DNA from: a virus
Reading direction: 5' to 3' (one strand)
Virus record (IMG/VR): IMGVR_UViG_3300049719_000158
Span: 1-64,000 of that record
Length of the DNA stretch: 64,000 bases
Both the position numbers and the translations under genes were made by a program. Of this stretch, positions 31,536 to 42,083 are shown piece by piece. The notes under the pieces are model-generated. The model was not told where the DNA came from, did not search any database, and saw only the letters and a list, made by a program, of their open reading frames with translations. Position 1 is the stretch's first letter. Each line of letters begins with the position of its first letter.

Positions 31536-32487
31536 TTCTCAACTCTTTTCTAAAATAAGAAATGGTTGAAATTAGCCCATCTTTGAGAGAAACTTTTGGT
31601 TCCCATCCTAATAACTCTTTTGCTTTCGTGATGTCAGGCTTGCGTTGGAGTGGGTCGTCTGAAGGCAACGTGCGGTACACAAGTTTACTCTTTGAAAGAG
31701 TGAGCTTAATTATCGTCTCAGCGAGTTGTTTCACCGTAATTTCACTTGGATTACCCAAGTTTATTGGACCTGTGATTGTGTCATCACTGTTCATCAACTT
31801 GACAAAACCCTCAATGAGATCGCTAACGTAGCAAAAGGACCTTGTCTGCGACCCGTCACCATACAACGTGATGTCTTCGTCTTTTAGTGCCTGACATATG
31901 AAGTTTGAGACTACACGCCCATCGGACGGGTTCATCGCAGGTCCAAAAGTGTTGAAAATTCGCGCAATCTTGATGCGAACGTTGTGTTGTCGGTGATAAT
32001 CAAAAAACAAAGTCTCCGCAACTCGCTTGCCCTCGTCGTAGCATGAACGTATGCCGATTGGATTTACGTTGCCATGGTACTCTTCACTCTGCGGATGATG
32101 AGCCGCGTCAGGGTCACCGTAGACCTCTGAAGTGGAAGCCTGAAACACCTTTGCGCCAGTCCGACGAGCAATGCCCAACACGTTGATCGCGCCTAGGACG
32201 CTCGTCTTTGTGGTGTGCACGGGATTGTGCTGGTAATGAGGGGGCGACGCAGGACAGGCGAGATTAAAAATTTGATCTACGTCTAATGTAATTGGTTCAC
32301 ACACGTCGTGTCGAATTACCTCAAAGCGCGCTGGATAATCGTGCATCAACTGCACGATGTTGTCCTTGCGACCGGTGAAGAAGCTGTCGAGGCAAATGAC
32401 TTCATCATGAGGGTGATGCCACAAAAGTCTTTTGCAGAGGTGACTGCCGATCATCCCAGCGCCACCTGAAATTAACGTTTTTGTCAT
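31528..32487 (-). CDS. uxs: UDP-glucuronate decarboxylase (UDP-xylose synthase)
   Basis: [66 protein letters not shown]. Confidence 0.93.
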   Translation of the reverse strand: MTKTLISGGAGMIGSHLCKRLLWHHPHDEVICLDSFFTGRKDNIVQLMHDYPARFEVIRHDVCEPITLDVDQIFNLACPASPPHYQHNPVHTTKTSVLGAINVLGIARRTGAKVFQASTSEVYGDPDAAHHPQSEEYHGNVNPIGIRSCYDEGKRVAETLFFDYHRQHNVRIKIARIFNTFGPAMNPSDGRVVSNFICQALKDEDITLYGDGSQTRSFCYVSDLIEGFVKLMNSDDTITGPINLGNPSEITVKQLAETIIKLTLSKSKLVYRTLPSDDPLQRKPDITKAKELLGWEPKVSLKDGLISTISYFRKELRNV

Positions 32488-32786
32488 TTAAACTTCCTTC
32501 GTGAACCACCATTCGCACCACTCTGGAACCGTAAATCCGAACTGAAGCGTTGTTTTTGGTGGTGCTAACAATTTCCACCCATCGCCTAAAGCATGTAAGG
32601 GCGTAGAATAACTTCGTATTGTTGGTATGTCAATTTGACTTGTTTTGACGTCTAATCCAAATTCTATCATCGCAGATGCAACAAATAATCCGGACTCTGA
32701 TGATTGGTTTATAACACTGTCACGAATGTGTGATGATTTCGTTACTAAAACAAGTATAATTTGATGTGTCATACTAAGATAGTATA

Positions 32787-33128
32787 CTACGCGTTTACGT
32801 TATACACAATGTCTCTGTAAAATTGATCACACGCCGCGGCGTAGCTCTTGTCGAGCTCAGTGATGACGTCAATTCCACGCGTGAAGACTTCAATCGTCAC
32901 TTCAAACGTCATTGCTTCGCTAACCTTTTCAATCACGATCTCTGCGTTGTGTTGAGACTGAAGTTCATAGTACAACACGTCTGCGACGAAGCGTACCCTT
33001 TGTTCGGGAGACAAAAACTTGTAAATCTTTCTGAGCACAACAATGTCACACCCACGATCTACCTGACGCCACCTGTCCTGAGCAACGATTGCGGGTTCAC
33101 GATCAATGGGATTGATTGGGTTGTTCAT
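32787..33128 (-). CDS. Pterin-4a-carbinolamine dehydratase-like protein
   Basis: W...LRKIYKF...FV...E..QHNAEI...T..ITELD..YA pattern. Confidence 0.6.
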   Translation of the reverse strand: MNNPINPIDREPAIVAQDRWRQVDRGCDIVVLRKIYKFLSPEQRVRFVADVLYYELQSQHNAEIVIEKVSEAMTFEVTIEVFTRGIDVITELDKSYAAACDQFYRDIVYNVNA

Positions 33129-33555
33129 TTTTGTGATCTTTTGTGCTTCGCACAGTGCAATTAATTATTGACGTTGCCACAATTAGCAACATACATGTGA
33201 AAAATGAGACGAGATCCATTTGCCAAAATTGCATTTTATCACTTTCCAAAAATCATTATTGATGCCGTAAAAATCAAAAATGCAATACAAAAATCCCAGA
33301 AGTTCATTCGTCACACCCACTCTTCTTTACATCAACCTTCACCGACATAATCACGTCGTCAACCCACGTGATTGTTACACCACCAAAAATAGTCATCGAC
33401 ATGAACAGCACGTTGCCGGAGAATATCTTGAGCAACATGCTTGCACGAGCAAAGACTTCAGGTGAGAGCTTGGATTTTAGAGAGGTTAACTGTTTAATTG
33501 CTTCTTGGTTTGTCATTGATAAGATTGTATAATACGGAGGGTGAAGAGTACACAA

Positions 33556-34666
33556 TCATGGTGGATTACCTGAATGTGCTTCAACGTTAAAGTTTTTAAT
33601 TCCTAAAGTTTTCATTATGCGTTTTGCAAATCTTCGTAACGCGAGCGAATTTTTCGCGCCTACGCTTTTCTTTTGTTTGACTTCCTGCTTGTTTTGAGAA
33701 ATTAGTGATGCATTTCGTTTTCGAATTGTTGTTTCTGGATGATTTTGCGCTTCACGACAACGTTGAAGTTCAAGTTAAGTTTTCTTTCGTCCCAATTGAG
33801 TTTCTCGTTTTCGTTTTCTTGCTTCAGGCGTACCTTGCGCTTTTTTCATGTTCATTTTTGCTTCTTCAGATCTTTTTACGCCTGTTTGTCGAATTGATTT
33901 TGCACGACATTGTTCTTCAGATAATTTCCAACGTTTTCCTCTATGCTTACGTTTTTTCTCAATGACTTCCGGACGATTTTGCGCGGCGATCATATTTGCC
34001 CGCGCGATTGGTGTCGCAGGTCCACGTTTTTGTTGAGCGCGCGCCATGTTTTCACGTTGCTCGGGCGTACGTTTTTGACCAACCATTTTTAAACGACGCT
34101 TTTCTTGCGTACTTGGTCGATTTGCAACGTCTTTGTTACGCGCACAAAGCGCAGCGTGTCGAACAGGATCATTTTTTAATTCAACAATTGCTCTTCGTAA
34201 ACCTGCTGTTCGTTTTGCTTTTATTGTCGGATCATTTGCAGAACGTTTGTAATTTACCAATGCCTCATCTGATCTTTTTACGCCTTTGTTCGCTTTTGAA
34301 ATTAATTGTCGTGTTTCTTGACTAACGCCACGACCAACGACGCATTCTCCTCCGGGAGTTTGATTACACACGTATAATGTTTTTTGAAAATCAAACGTAC
34401 CATCTATATATTGACCTATACGTGTGAAGTTCTCTTATTAGAAGTTTTTCAACTTCAAAAGCTTCATTCTCATCGTCAGTCTCAAATCCGATAACACGTT
34501 TCCATTCATACTTTTTTGTATAACATTGATGTTGTCGATTACGACCTTTTTCGTTTACGCGATTTTCATTGCCTTTACCGACATATCCAGGAATGAATTC
34601 ACCGTCTTTTTCGATGAAATCAACATATACACAGAATTTCTTTGTGAGAATAAAACACTTCTCCAT
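33556..34666 (-). pseudogene. GIY-YIG-like/NUMOD3 homing endonuclease with a frameshift (near 34416) and an in-frame TAA (33775)
   Basis: N-part FCVYVDF..GYVGKG, middle CNQTPGGE plus NUMOD3 repeats; beyond the TAA the frame continues to AKNSLALRRFAKRI, matching the paralog at 10464-10814. Confidence 0.8.
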
Positions 34667-34720
34667 TTAATATTTCCTTTGGTGAAATACTAAACAAAGT
34701 TTTGTTGTACGTACAAAGAA

Positions 34721-36025
34721 TTAATCTTCTTGTTCGTCTTCTACGTTAACGCGATCCAATGCCATCTCGCGTTTGATTGCTTTTCCGAGGTACTCGCGGA
34801 AACCGTCCAAAAGTTCGATCTCATTTGGATTATTTAATAAAAATTGAATATCTTCTGGGCTCAGTTCTCCCGATGACGACAAAATATCTATATATTCGCG
34901 GATTGCATATAACGTAATTAGACGCAAATCGTCAGGATCCATCGACGCGACGTAACTTGCTTTCGCCAGCGCACGATCTACGCTCGCTTTCGCGCCTGCA
35001 ACGCTAAATCCCAAGTCTTTTGCTATGTCTTTGAACGACGCGCCTTCTTTATTCGACTTAAATCTCTTCTCTTCATCGTCCTCGTCTTCATCATCTTCTT
35101 CGGTCGCTTCTTTTACTTCTCCCGTGCCAACAGTAGCTTCCGGTTTCTTCGATTGCAGACTTTCTTGCTTTTCTGCCTGCGTCTCTTGAGCTACTTCTTC
35201 CTTTTCGCCCGTCGTTTCTTCAGCCTCAGGTTCCTCTTCTTTTTTCTTTGGCCACATTGCATCGTGTGCGTCAAGGTTCTTCTTCCACGCCTCGACTGCG
35301 GGATCCTCTGACGTCTCGATTAGAACCTTGCGAATTTCATTGCGAATTGCTTCTTCTGTTTTCATGTTGCTTCCTGGCCACACGGGCTCGTTTGTAATTG
35401 TGACTTCTGCGGGCACGTCTTCTTTAATTTCAACCCACCAGTGTGAATTTTTTCTCGTCCCACCGCCGCCCACAAAAGGTTTGTTGACTTCGCCCTTGTT
35501 GACGACCTGAAAATTAATTCCAAGCGCAGTTAGTTCTTTTGCGATTTTATTTGCAAAATCATCGGCGCGCATTCCTTGCTTGTAAAAAAATCCCCGACGC
35601 AGGACGACGTTGCCTTCTTTGTTTTTGCTAACGTCATCAACGCCTGGCAAGTCTCCCTCTCTGACGAGCTTCACTATCCTTGACCCAAAGCTACCCTTGC
35701 CTTCAGTCAACTTTCGTGCTTCTTCAACCTTGTCATTCGTGCTCGTCGCCGTGTCTATCGCGTCCTTTATGTCGTTGTAAGCTTTGTTCACCTTTTCGTC
35801 AGGCACTTCGCCGATGTCGTTCGCCATCAGCACGAGGCTCTTCTTGAGCTCTTCGCCATTGCGAGGTTCAACGTCCTTGTTGAAGGGATCTGTTTCAATT
35901 GCAGACGGATCTGCATTTGGGTTGACGTTCACCGCTGTAGAGTGTGACACGCCATAGTCGTGGTTATCGAGAGCTTCCTTGACGAGCTCTGATAGCGCTT
36001 GTTTGCTGATGACAACGCTTTTCAT
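34721..36025 (-). CDS. Acidic multidomain protein with leader-like LxE motifs and a C-terminal HTH
   Basis: ISKQALSELVKE, internal IRNEIRKVLIE, ASFKDIAKDLGFSVAGAK; TATTTAT upstream. Confidence 0.7.
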   Translation of the reverse strand: MKSVVISKQALSELVKEALDNHDYGVSHSTAVNVNPNADPSAIETDPFNKDVEPRNGEELKKSLVLMANDIGEVPDEKVNKAYNDIKDAIDTATSTNDKVEEARKLTEGKGSFGSRIVKLVREGDLPGVDDVSKNKEGNVVLRRGFFYKQGMRADDFANKIAKELTALGINFQVVNKGEVNKPFVGGGGTRKNSHWWVEIKEDVPAEVTITNEPVWPGSNMKTEEAIRNEIRKVLIETSEDPAVEAWKKNLDAHDAMWPKKKEEEPEAEETTGEKEEVAQETQAEKQESLQSKKPEATVGTGEVKEATEEDDEDEDDEEKRFKSNKEGASFKDIAKDLGFSVAGAKASVDRALAKASYVASMDPDDLRLITLYAIREYIDILSSSGELSPEDIQFLLNNPNEIELLDGFREYLGKAIKREMALDRVNVEDEQED

Positions 36026-36049
36026 GTGTATAAATAGTTTCGTGGAGAA

Positions 36050-36466
36050 TTAATTCAATTCGTTCTTTGTCTTTTTGGAGCTTTGTTGTGTAATGGCAAC
36101 GTCTGTTTCAGAAATGCCTTCTCGCAATGCGTCTGCCACGATCTTGTCGAGCGTCTCAATGCTTCCCTTGAGGTTCAACACCGATTGGTAGTTCATGTTT
36201 ATTGCCTTTGCGTAGTCGAGCAGCTTTACGATTATGTCTCCAACATTCTTCAACGTCGTCCTGAATGCCACTGACCTGTTTAGCTGCTCGTCTATGTCCT
36301 TCAACGAATTCACGTCGCTTTGCACGCCCGCAATGACGTTATTGTTGACGAGCAACACCGCTTCGAGAGACTGCCTCAACAGCTCATTTTCTGCGCGCAG
36401 TGCCGCGACAACTTCACTCTTCTCAAGCAATTTATCAATGAACTTCATCTTCTTCCTTTTCGTCAA
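36050..36466 (-). CDS. Coiled-coil hypothetical protein
   Basis: Heptad pattern over about 130 aa. Confidence 0.65.
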   Translation of the reverse strand: MTKRKKMKFIDKLLEKSEVVAALRAENELLRQSLEAVLLVNNNVIAGVQSDVNSLKDIDEQLNRSVAFRTTLKNVGDIIVKLLDYAKAINMNYQSVLNLKGSIETLDKIVADALREGISETDVAITQQSSKKTKNELN

Positions 36467-37100
36467 TCATGCGGTACAGGACGTCGTCGTCTATCGTTGA
36501 CATGTTGTCCAAGCGCGCTCTCTCGAGCTGATCTTTTCTAAGAGCTTTTTTCTTCAAGTGCTCCACGTCGTGCTTTGCGAGGCGCTTTGATAATTTATCC
36601 ACTATACCACATGCAACGCTGTTATTAACAATGTAGAGGCGACAAAATTCACTTAGTATCGCCTGCAAGGGCAGGTCGCTAAGCAACAACTTCACTCGGC
36701 AACGCTGTAGTATTTCCTTTGGCACGACGAAGTGCGTCAAGGTGTGTGCGTCTTTTTTCTCCTGTCGCCTGGCTTTTTCTTCGTCTGAAATGGTGTGTTG
36801 ATAGAAGTAAGGCCACTTTTTGTCAGTCCTTCGTGGCTTTACGTTTTCTGCATTTATTGCTTCTTGCTTTGCTTTTTCGAGGTTTTCTTTCGCAGTTGCA
36901 AAAGCCAAGTCGTTGACAATTTTTTCTGCCTGTACCTCATTGTCAGAGTACGCCCTACAAAACTCAACGAGAGTTGCCTGCATGCTAATGTCGAGCGGCA
37001 ATAATTTTTCTCTGCACTTCTGCAACACGTCCTTGTGCAACACCAGGTGCACGGTGCGGTGCGTCATGAATGGATTTGTGTTTAGCGTTTCAATTGCCAC
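36435..37100 (-). CDS. Tandem ribbon-helix-helix-like regulator
   Basis: Internal duplication TVHLVLHKDVLQKCREKL..MQATLVEFC / LTHFVVPKEILQRCRVKL..LQAILSEFC. Confidence 0.6.
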   Translation of the reverse strand: MAIETLNTNPFMTHRTVHLVLHKDVLQKCREKLLPLDISMQATLVEFCRAYSDNEVQAEKIVNDLAFATAKENLEKAKQEAINAENVKPRRTDKKWPYFYQHTISDEEKARRQEKKDAHTLTHFVVPKEILQRCRVKLLLSDLPLQAILSEFCRLYIVNNSVACGIVDKLSKRLAKHDVEHLKKKALRKDQLERARLDNMSTIDDDVLYRMIDEKEEDEVH

Positions 37101-37114
37101 GATAAAATTATAAT

Positions 37115-37690
37115 TTACGAAAGTCCGTACTGTACACCTTGCGCGTAGCCATAGTCTAACAAACGAAGTTCACCATCTGCATTTGTTCCCCACTGTTGTG
37201 GAATTGCTAGTTCATCAAGATATAATCCTCCATCAATACATTCTTTCGCAATTTTAATAAACGTATTGTCTAGGTCGATTCCATCAGACGCATCGTATAC
37301 TAAATCTGACACATATCGTCCTGTTAATTTTTTAAATTGTTCGTCAGTTTCAATTGGATTCACGAGCTCACAAACCAACCATGACGGTTCGCTGCCTTCT
37401 TCGTGTTTTAAAATTTTTGTCACCGGTAAGTTTTTCAAACGTTCATAGTTACGAACCTCAAACGCATTTTGTTTAAGACCACGTAAACATGTAGCAATTT
37501 TTAAAACTGAGTGTGACGTCAACAAATACGCTGCTCGCGATGAGTTACCAAGACATTTTAGCCGTTCTTGTGCATATCTTCGAAGAATGACTATGTCATT
37601 GTCTTCAATGCTCAAAAATTCATTCCATTTGAACTTCTTGCTTGTCTCCTGTCGAATTTTTTCACGTATGAGTTGACGTAATAAGTCCAT
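37115..37690 (-). CDS. Minimal protein-kinase-like protein, paralog 3
   Basis: LGNSSR, VLKIA, QNAFE, WGTNADGELRLLDYG; MDLLRQLIRE leader. Confidence 0.75.
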   Translation of the reverse strand: MDLLRQLIREKIRQETSKKFKWNEFLSIEDNDIVILRRYAQERLKCLGNSSRAAYLLTSHSVLKIATCLRGLKQNAFEVRNYERLKNLPVTKILKHEEGSEPSWLVCELVNPIETDEQFKKLTGRYVSDLVYDASDGIDLDNTFIKIAKECIDGGLYLDELAIPQQWGTNADGELRLLDYGYAQGVQYGLS

Positions 37691-37694
37691 CGCA

Positions 37695-38198
37695 TCACCC
37701 AGCCGCTGACGTCAATTCTGGGCCGCCGCCGATGCCAGAATTGGGAGAAGCGTACTCACTGTCCTCGACGTCCTCTTGAGACTTGCCTACGACCAATCCA
37801 TGTTGCTCTCTCAGCGCGTCCTCGAACGAGGTCACGATTGACTTGTTGTATGACTTCGTCAAGAAATTCTTTGCTCTGTTGACTATCGTGTCATGAAACT
37901 CAAGCAAGTTCTCGTAATTCTCGATCATGTTTGCGATGCTGTTCGCAAAGTTTTCAACGTCAAACTCGTCGAGCGTCTCGTCCTGCTTTGATTGTGTAGG
38001 CATGTCGCCTTCAAGGAGCTGGCGACAATAACCAAACCAATCGTGCGTTTCGTTCTTCGCCTTGTGAGCCTCTTGTTCATATTCAGAAAAATAACGATCC
38101 AACTGATTATCTAACGACGCGCCAAGAACTCGCTTGTCTTTAATGACATTGCCCTCTTCATTGATCAATTGTCGAAGCTCTCGTAGTGTAATTTTCAT
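37695..38198 (-). CDS. Protein with MKITLRELRQLINEE leader
   Basis: Shared N-terminal motif. Confidence 0.75.
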   Translation of the reverse strand: MKITLRELRQLINEEGNVIKDKRVLGASLDNQLDRYFSEYEQEAHKAKNETHDWFGYCRQLLEGDMPTQSKQDETLDEFDVENFANSIANMIENYENLLEFHDTIVNRAKNFLTKSYNKSIVTSFEDALREQHGLVVGKSQEDVEDSEYASPNSGIGGGPELTSAAG

Positions 38199-38905
38199 AG
38201 CAACCTTGCGATTTTTTCTGATTTATTAAATCTTTCTTCGATCACATTCCAATTTATGCTGCGCATGAACGCAATCGCTGCAGACTTTTTGTCGGTCGAG
38301 TAGTCGATTATGTTTGCGTGCTCGTACATGTCCAAGACTATCAGCGGCATGAAGCCCACCATGACGTCCTGTGACATGTTACTGATTATTGTGTTAATGT
38401 ACGACTTTAGGAAAAAGTTATATCCACAAACTGCCCATCCATTGCCGGCAGACAACGCGCAGGCAATGAAGTCTGTCTGCCAATCGTCAAACGTTCCGAA
38501 TGTGCTCGACAACTTCATGTAAGGGAGACTGTCGACGTAGCACTCCGAATGAGGATCGAACGCATTAGCAAAGTATAATTCATGTAGTTGAACTGCGTTC
38601 AAGTTGTAAGTCTCATCGAGCTTCAGCAATCGAAACGTGCTGTGCCTTGAGTTCGTTTCATCTTTGTTCACGCCGTCGAGCTCAGCGCTCACCCTGTTAA
38701 AAGTTTCAACGTATTGCTTGTACAGCTCGGTGTGCAGCTTCTTCGTGCGTTCAGATGTGAGCTCTGAAACTTGCTTGTATTGCTTTGGCTCAGCAACGTA
38801 AGCCTCACCAAGCAGGTCTGACTTTGCGCCCTTCACGCTCGTCTTGACGATTGACTTAATGTCGAGCGAGCCAATGAGTTCTTCAATTGATTTTTTCATG
38901 TTCAA
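38195..38905 (-). CDS. Fe/Mn superoxide dismutase-like protein with N-terminal extension
   Basis: LH..LY..YV, LHELYF, FG.FDDW, GWAV, LDMYEHA, INW. Confidence 0.85.
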   Translation of the reverse strand: MNMKKSIEELIGSLDIKSIVKTSVKGAKSDLLGEAYVAEPKQYKQVSELTSERTKKLHTELYKQYVETFNRVSAELDGVNKDETNSRHSTFRLLKLDETYNLNAVQLHELYFANAFDPHSECYVDSLPYMKLSSTFGTFDDWQTDFIACALSAGNGWAVCGYNFFLKSYINTIISNMSQDVMVGFMPLIVLDMYEHANIIDYSTDKKSAAIAFMRSINWNVIEERFNKSEKIARLL

Positions 38906-38922
38906 CCTATAAGTATTTGTGA

Positions 38923-39865
38923 TTACGTTAGTTCAATCGGTAAATCTTTACGTTTAAATTGCGCATCTGTGACGCGTATTAATTTTAATTCATTTTCATT
39001 AAAATATTTGTCTTGTTCACGATCTGTGAGATATTTTTTGTGTATCTGAACGTCACGCGGATGTTTATATTCAGCAATTACATCTAACGAGCGATTTAGA
39101 CCGTGCCAATAGACACCATCAAACTGAACATATGTATTAATATCTTTGATGTAAAAGTCTATTGGCCATCCTTTGATTGAAATTTGACGTTCAACATTGA
39201 TAAATTTTTTGCATAAAAATACGTAAAAATCGTCTTCTATTTTTGATTTTGCGTATGTACCATTTTTCTTCATTGTTTCATGTCGTTGTCTTGCACGTTT
39301 TTGTTGCGTCAAAATGAATTCTTAACATTATTCCATTGTCTTTAATATTTTTCCACATTTTCATAGTACCTGCGACTGCTTTTGCAAGCACTTCTGGGCG
39401 TGCGACATTACACTCAACACCATATTTTTCAATACACGTTTGTTTTATTTTTTCTTTCACACTTTTAGCTTGTTGATGATGTTCAACGCCAAAACGTACA
39501 AGACACGTTTGTTTTACTTTTTCTTTACATTCTTGTGTTTGAGAATAAAATTCAACACCGTTTTTATCAAAACAATTTTGTTTAATTGTTTGTCTTACTT
39601 CTTGCGCTTGCCATGGATTCTCAACGCCATAGTGAATAATACATGTTTCTTTAGATTTTTCTCTAATTTTTCCATGTCCAAGTGATATTTTCATACATTC
39701 AAGCGAACAATAATGACATTCACTTTCAATTGTTAATCCACCTCTGTGTTTGTTTTTACGTGAAAATTCTATACTACACGTATCACATTTTAACAAAACA
39801 TATTCAATCATTAAATGAGAATGAGATGGACGTTTGTGTGGTAAGAAATACGTAGATATAAACAC
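38923..39865 (-). pseudogene. Vsr-like (DUF559-type) homing endonuclease with KxTxxxxYGVE repeats, frameshifted near 39300
   Basis: Repeats in 39278-39865; nuclease motif SKIE...IDFY...QFDGVYWH in 38923-39312. Confidence 0.8.
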
Positions 39866-39896
39866 ATTAAAATTATAATATATGTGTTATTACTTG

Positions 39897-40202
39897 TCAT
39901 TCAAGGACGTATTCATTCTCGAACGTTGTAGCATCAACGATAAATAATTTACCTTCTGACGTTCGAAGTACGACATCTTGAGGTGAAACACTGTCAACTG
40001 TGTATTTTAATCCGGATTTACGATGTTGGACCTTTAGCTCAGGTGCAACCAATATCGTGTCTTTGTCACCAACAACACCGGAGAACGTAATGTTTGCCTT
40101 TTCGCACAGCGTCTTGACGCGAGACGTCCATTCTTCTCGCATTACGTCGATGATGTCTGTTTCAGTGAGCTTACGCATGTTATCTACTAACAATCTTCTC
40201 AA
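39897..40202 (-). CDS. Hypothetical protein with MRKLTETDIIDVMREE leader
   Basis: ORF with a leader-like motif. Confidence 0.65.
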   Translation of the reverse strand: MRRLLVDNMRKLTETDIIDVMREEWTSRVKTLCEKANITFSGVVGDKDTILVAPELKVQHRKSGLKYTVDSVSPQDVVLRTSEGKLFIVDATTFENEYVLE

Positions 40203-40416
40203 CTTGTGAGATCATTTCAGGAATAAAAGACGATTGAGCGTATTTGAGCGTTGAAAGGATCTCAACGTAATCATTGGTTGTTTTCATTTTGTCTATCATT
40301 TGTGATAAACTTTCAAGATCATTAAAAATATCTTGTTTTCTGCGCCACCCAGATGAATATGCGTCAAGTTCTTCATTGATGATACGTCGTAATTGTGATG
40401 TCTTAATCGTCGACAT
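40180..40416 (-). CDS. Small protein with IKTSQLRRIINEE leader
   Basis: Shared motif; TAATTA upstream. Confidence 0.7.
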   Translation of the reverse strand: MSTIKTSQLRRIINEELDAYSSGWRRKQDIFNDLESLSQMIDKMKTTNDYVEILSTLKYAQSSFIPEMISQVEKIVSR

Positions 40417-40426
40417 GTTATATTAA

Positions 40427-40963
40427 TTATTCGCCTGTCCAAACTTTACCGTCAAACGTTCTAATTAGGCCTAAACTAATTTTCTGAATTTCTTCTAATG
40501 TCGGTGGAATTATGTGTGTTCTCACTTCAATTCCCGCTTCTCTCAGCATGTTCAATGCAACCATGAAAGTTTCACCCATACCGCCCGTAGGAGCATCTGT
40601 GCCGTCAGGAAACACGACAGTCTTTATTCCCGATTGTATGATCGCCCGTGCGCAGTCGGCACAGGGCGAGTGATTACAGTACAACGTGCATCCCTCAAGA
40701 CTTTCACCACGACGCGCCGCAGCGTATACTGCATTTCGCTCAGCGTGCTCAACCCAGAAATATTTTGTTGGGCGCTCTGAGCGTTCTTCAACGTCATCTG
40801 ACAAATTTCTTGGTATTCCGTTGTAGCCTGTCGCCCTGACGTTGCGCACGTCATCGACTATGACTGCGCCCACCTTCGTGGACGTGTCCTTTGACCATGA
40901 TGATATCAGTTTGGCGAGCTCAAGAAACCGATTGTCCCATTTGTTACTCACTTTGTCACCCAT
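40427..40963 (-). CDS. dCMP deaminase (ComEB family)
   Basis: SKD..TKVGA, GYNG, HAE.N, PCADC. Confidence 0.95.
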   Translation of the reverse strand: MGDKVSNKWDNRFLELAKLISSWSKDTSTKVGAVIVDDVRNVRATGYNGIPRNLSDDVEERSERPTKYFWVEHAERNAVYAAARRGESLEGCTLYCNHSPCADCARAIIQSGIKTVVFPDGTDAPTGGMGETFMVALNMLREAGIEVRTHIIPPTLEEIQKISLGLIRTFDGKVWTGE

Positions 40964-41095
40964 CGTAGCTGTTGCATGTATTGTTCTCGAACGTTAGCTC
41001 GTGAAGACACATCACCTGGGTTGTCACTGCTAAAACAATTGACGACGCGAGGCACGTCTCAATGAGGCACGCTGACACAACACACGTAGCTTCAA

Positions 41096-41902
41096 TCATT
41101 TCTTTGTCTTCCATTCTTTCACAGACGTGCGTGAGACTTCAACGAGCTCGTACTCAACGACTTCGCAGTCGTAGTCTTTACTGTAATGGTCGTTGTACGC
41201 TACCATGTGAGCGCTCACGTGACCACGCGTTGACCACGTTTTACCAACTTTTGTGAACACATTCGACCCAAGAGACGGTAATCGAAACAGTCCGGTTTTC
41301 TTGTTGCGAATTTTGTAGACTTTTTGTCTTTGATTTTCAGAATCACGTATGTCAATTTCACACAATTTAGAAAGTTGATCATGAAGCGCTTTTGCATCAA
41401 TTGATTTATTTCCCCATGACGAAAGCAATGTGTTAAGTTTTGCGTCGTCTTTTTCGTCCCACTTAAGATCTGTTTTTACTTGAGTGGTGTCAATTCTATT
41501 TCCAACACACACTTTGTCGTCATAATGACGAGGATACCACTTCTTTGCACATGTGTTACATTTCATCATACCGTTTAACGTGTATGTAACATTTTTTGAT
41601 GTACATTCCGGACAATATCCCATTGTAAGCGATATTTGTTCGCGGTGTCTGTCACAATTTCCATCATGATCATAGTCACGTTCGCAGCACTGTTCGCCTT
41701 GAAATGCCCAGTAGACAAATTCTTTGAACAGTTCTCTTGAAACACAATAAACGTTCGTGTTTTCCTTTTCGTGATTGAACGGCCGCCAACAACCCGTGCC
41801 TTCAGTAAAATAGTCTTGATCGCTGAGCCAATTATCAAACGGAGAATATTTCGAAACTTCAATCACAATTTCATTCAATCGATTTTTTCGAATGTCAATC
41901 AT
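41096..41902 (-). CDS. Hypothetical protein with zinc ribbon
   Basis: CPEC...CNTC. Confidence 0.55.
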   Translation of the reverse strand: MIDIRKNRLNEIVIEVSKYSPFDNWLSDQDYFTEGTGCWRPFNHEKENTNVYCVSRELFKEFVYWAFQGEQCCERDYDHDGNCDRHREQISLTMGYCPECTSKNVTYTLNGMMKCNTCAKKWYPRHYDDKVCVGNRIDTTQVKTDLKWDEKDDAKLNTLLSSWGNKSIDAKALHDQLSKLCEIDIRDSENQRQKVYKIRNKKTGLFRLPSLGSNVFTKVGKTWSTRGHVSAHMVAYNDHYSKDYDCEVVEYELVEVSRTSVKEWKTKK

Positions 41903-42083
41903 CTTTCAATCCTCTTTTGCTTTGCAAACTCAAGCGCGTGTGAGATCCAATCACATGAAATCACACCGTCGATCACCTTGTCGTACACTTCGTTCACCGC
42001 ATCCTGTATTTGATACCACGATGTAGCAGTTTTAATTTTACTCTCAAACATGACAATTTCGTAAGGCTTGTTTTCCATGACAT

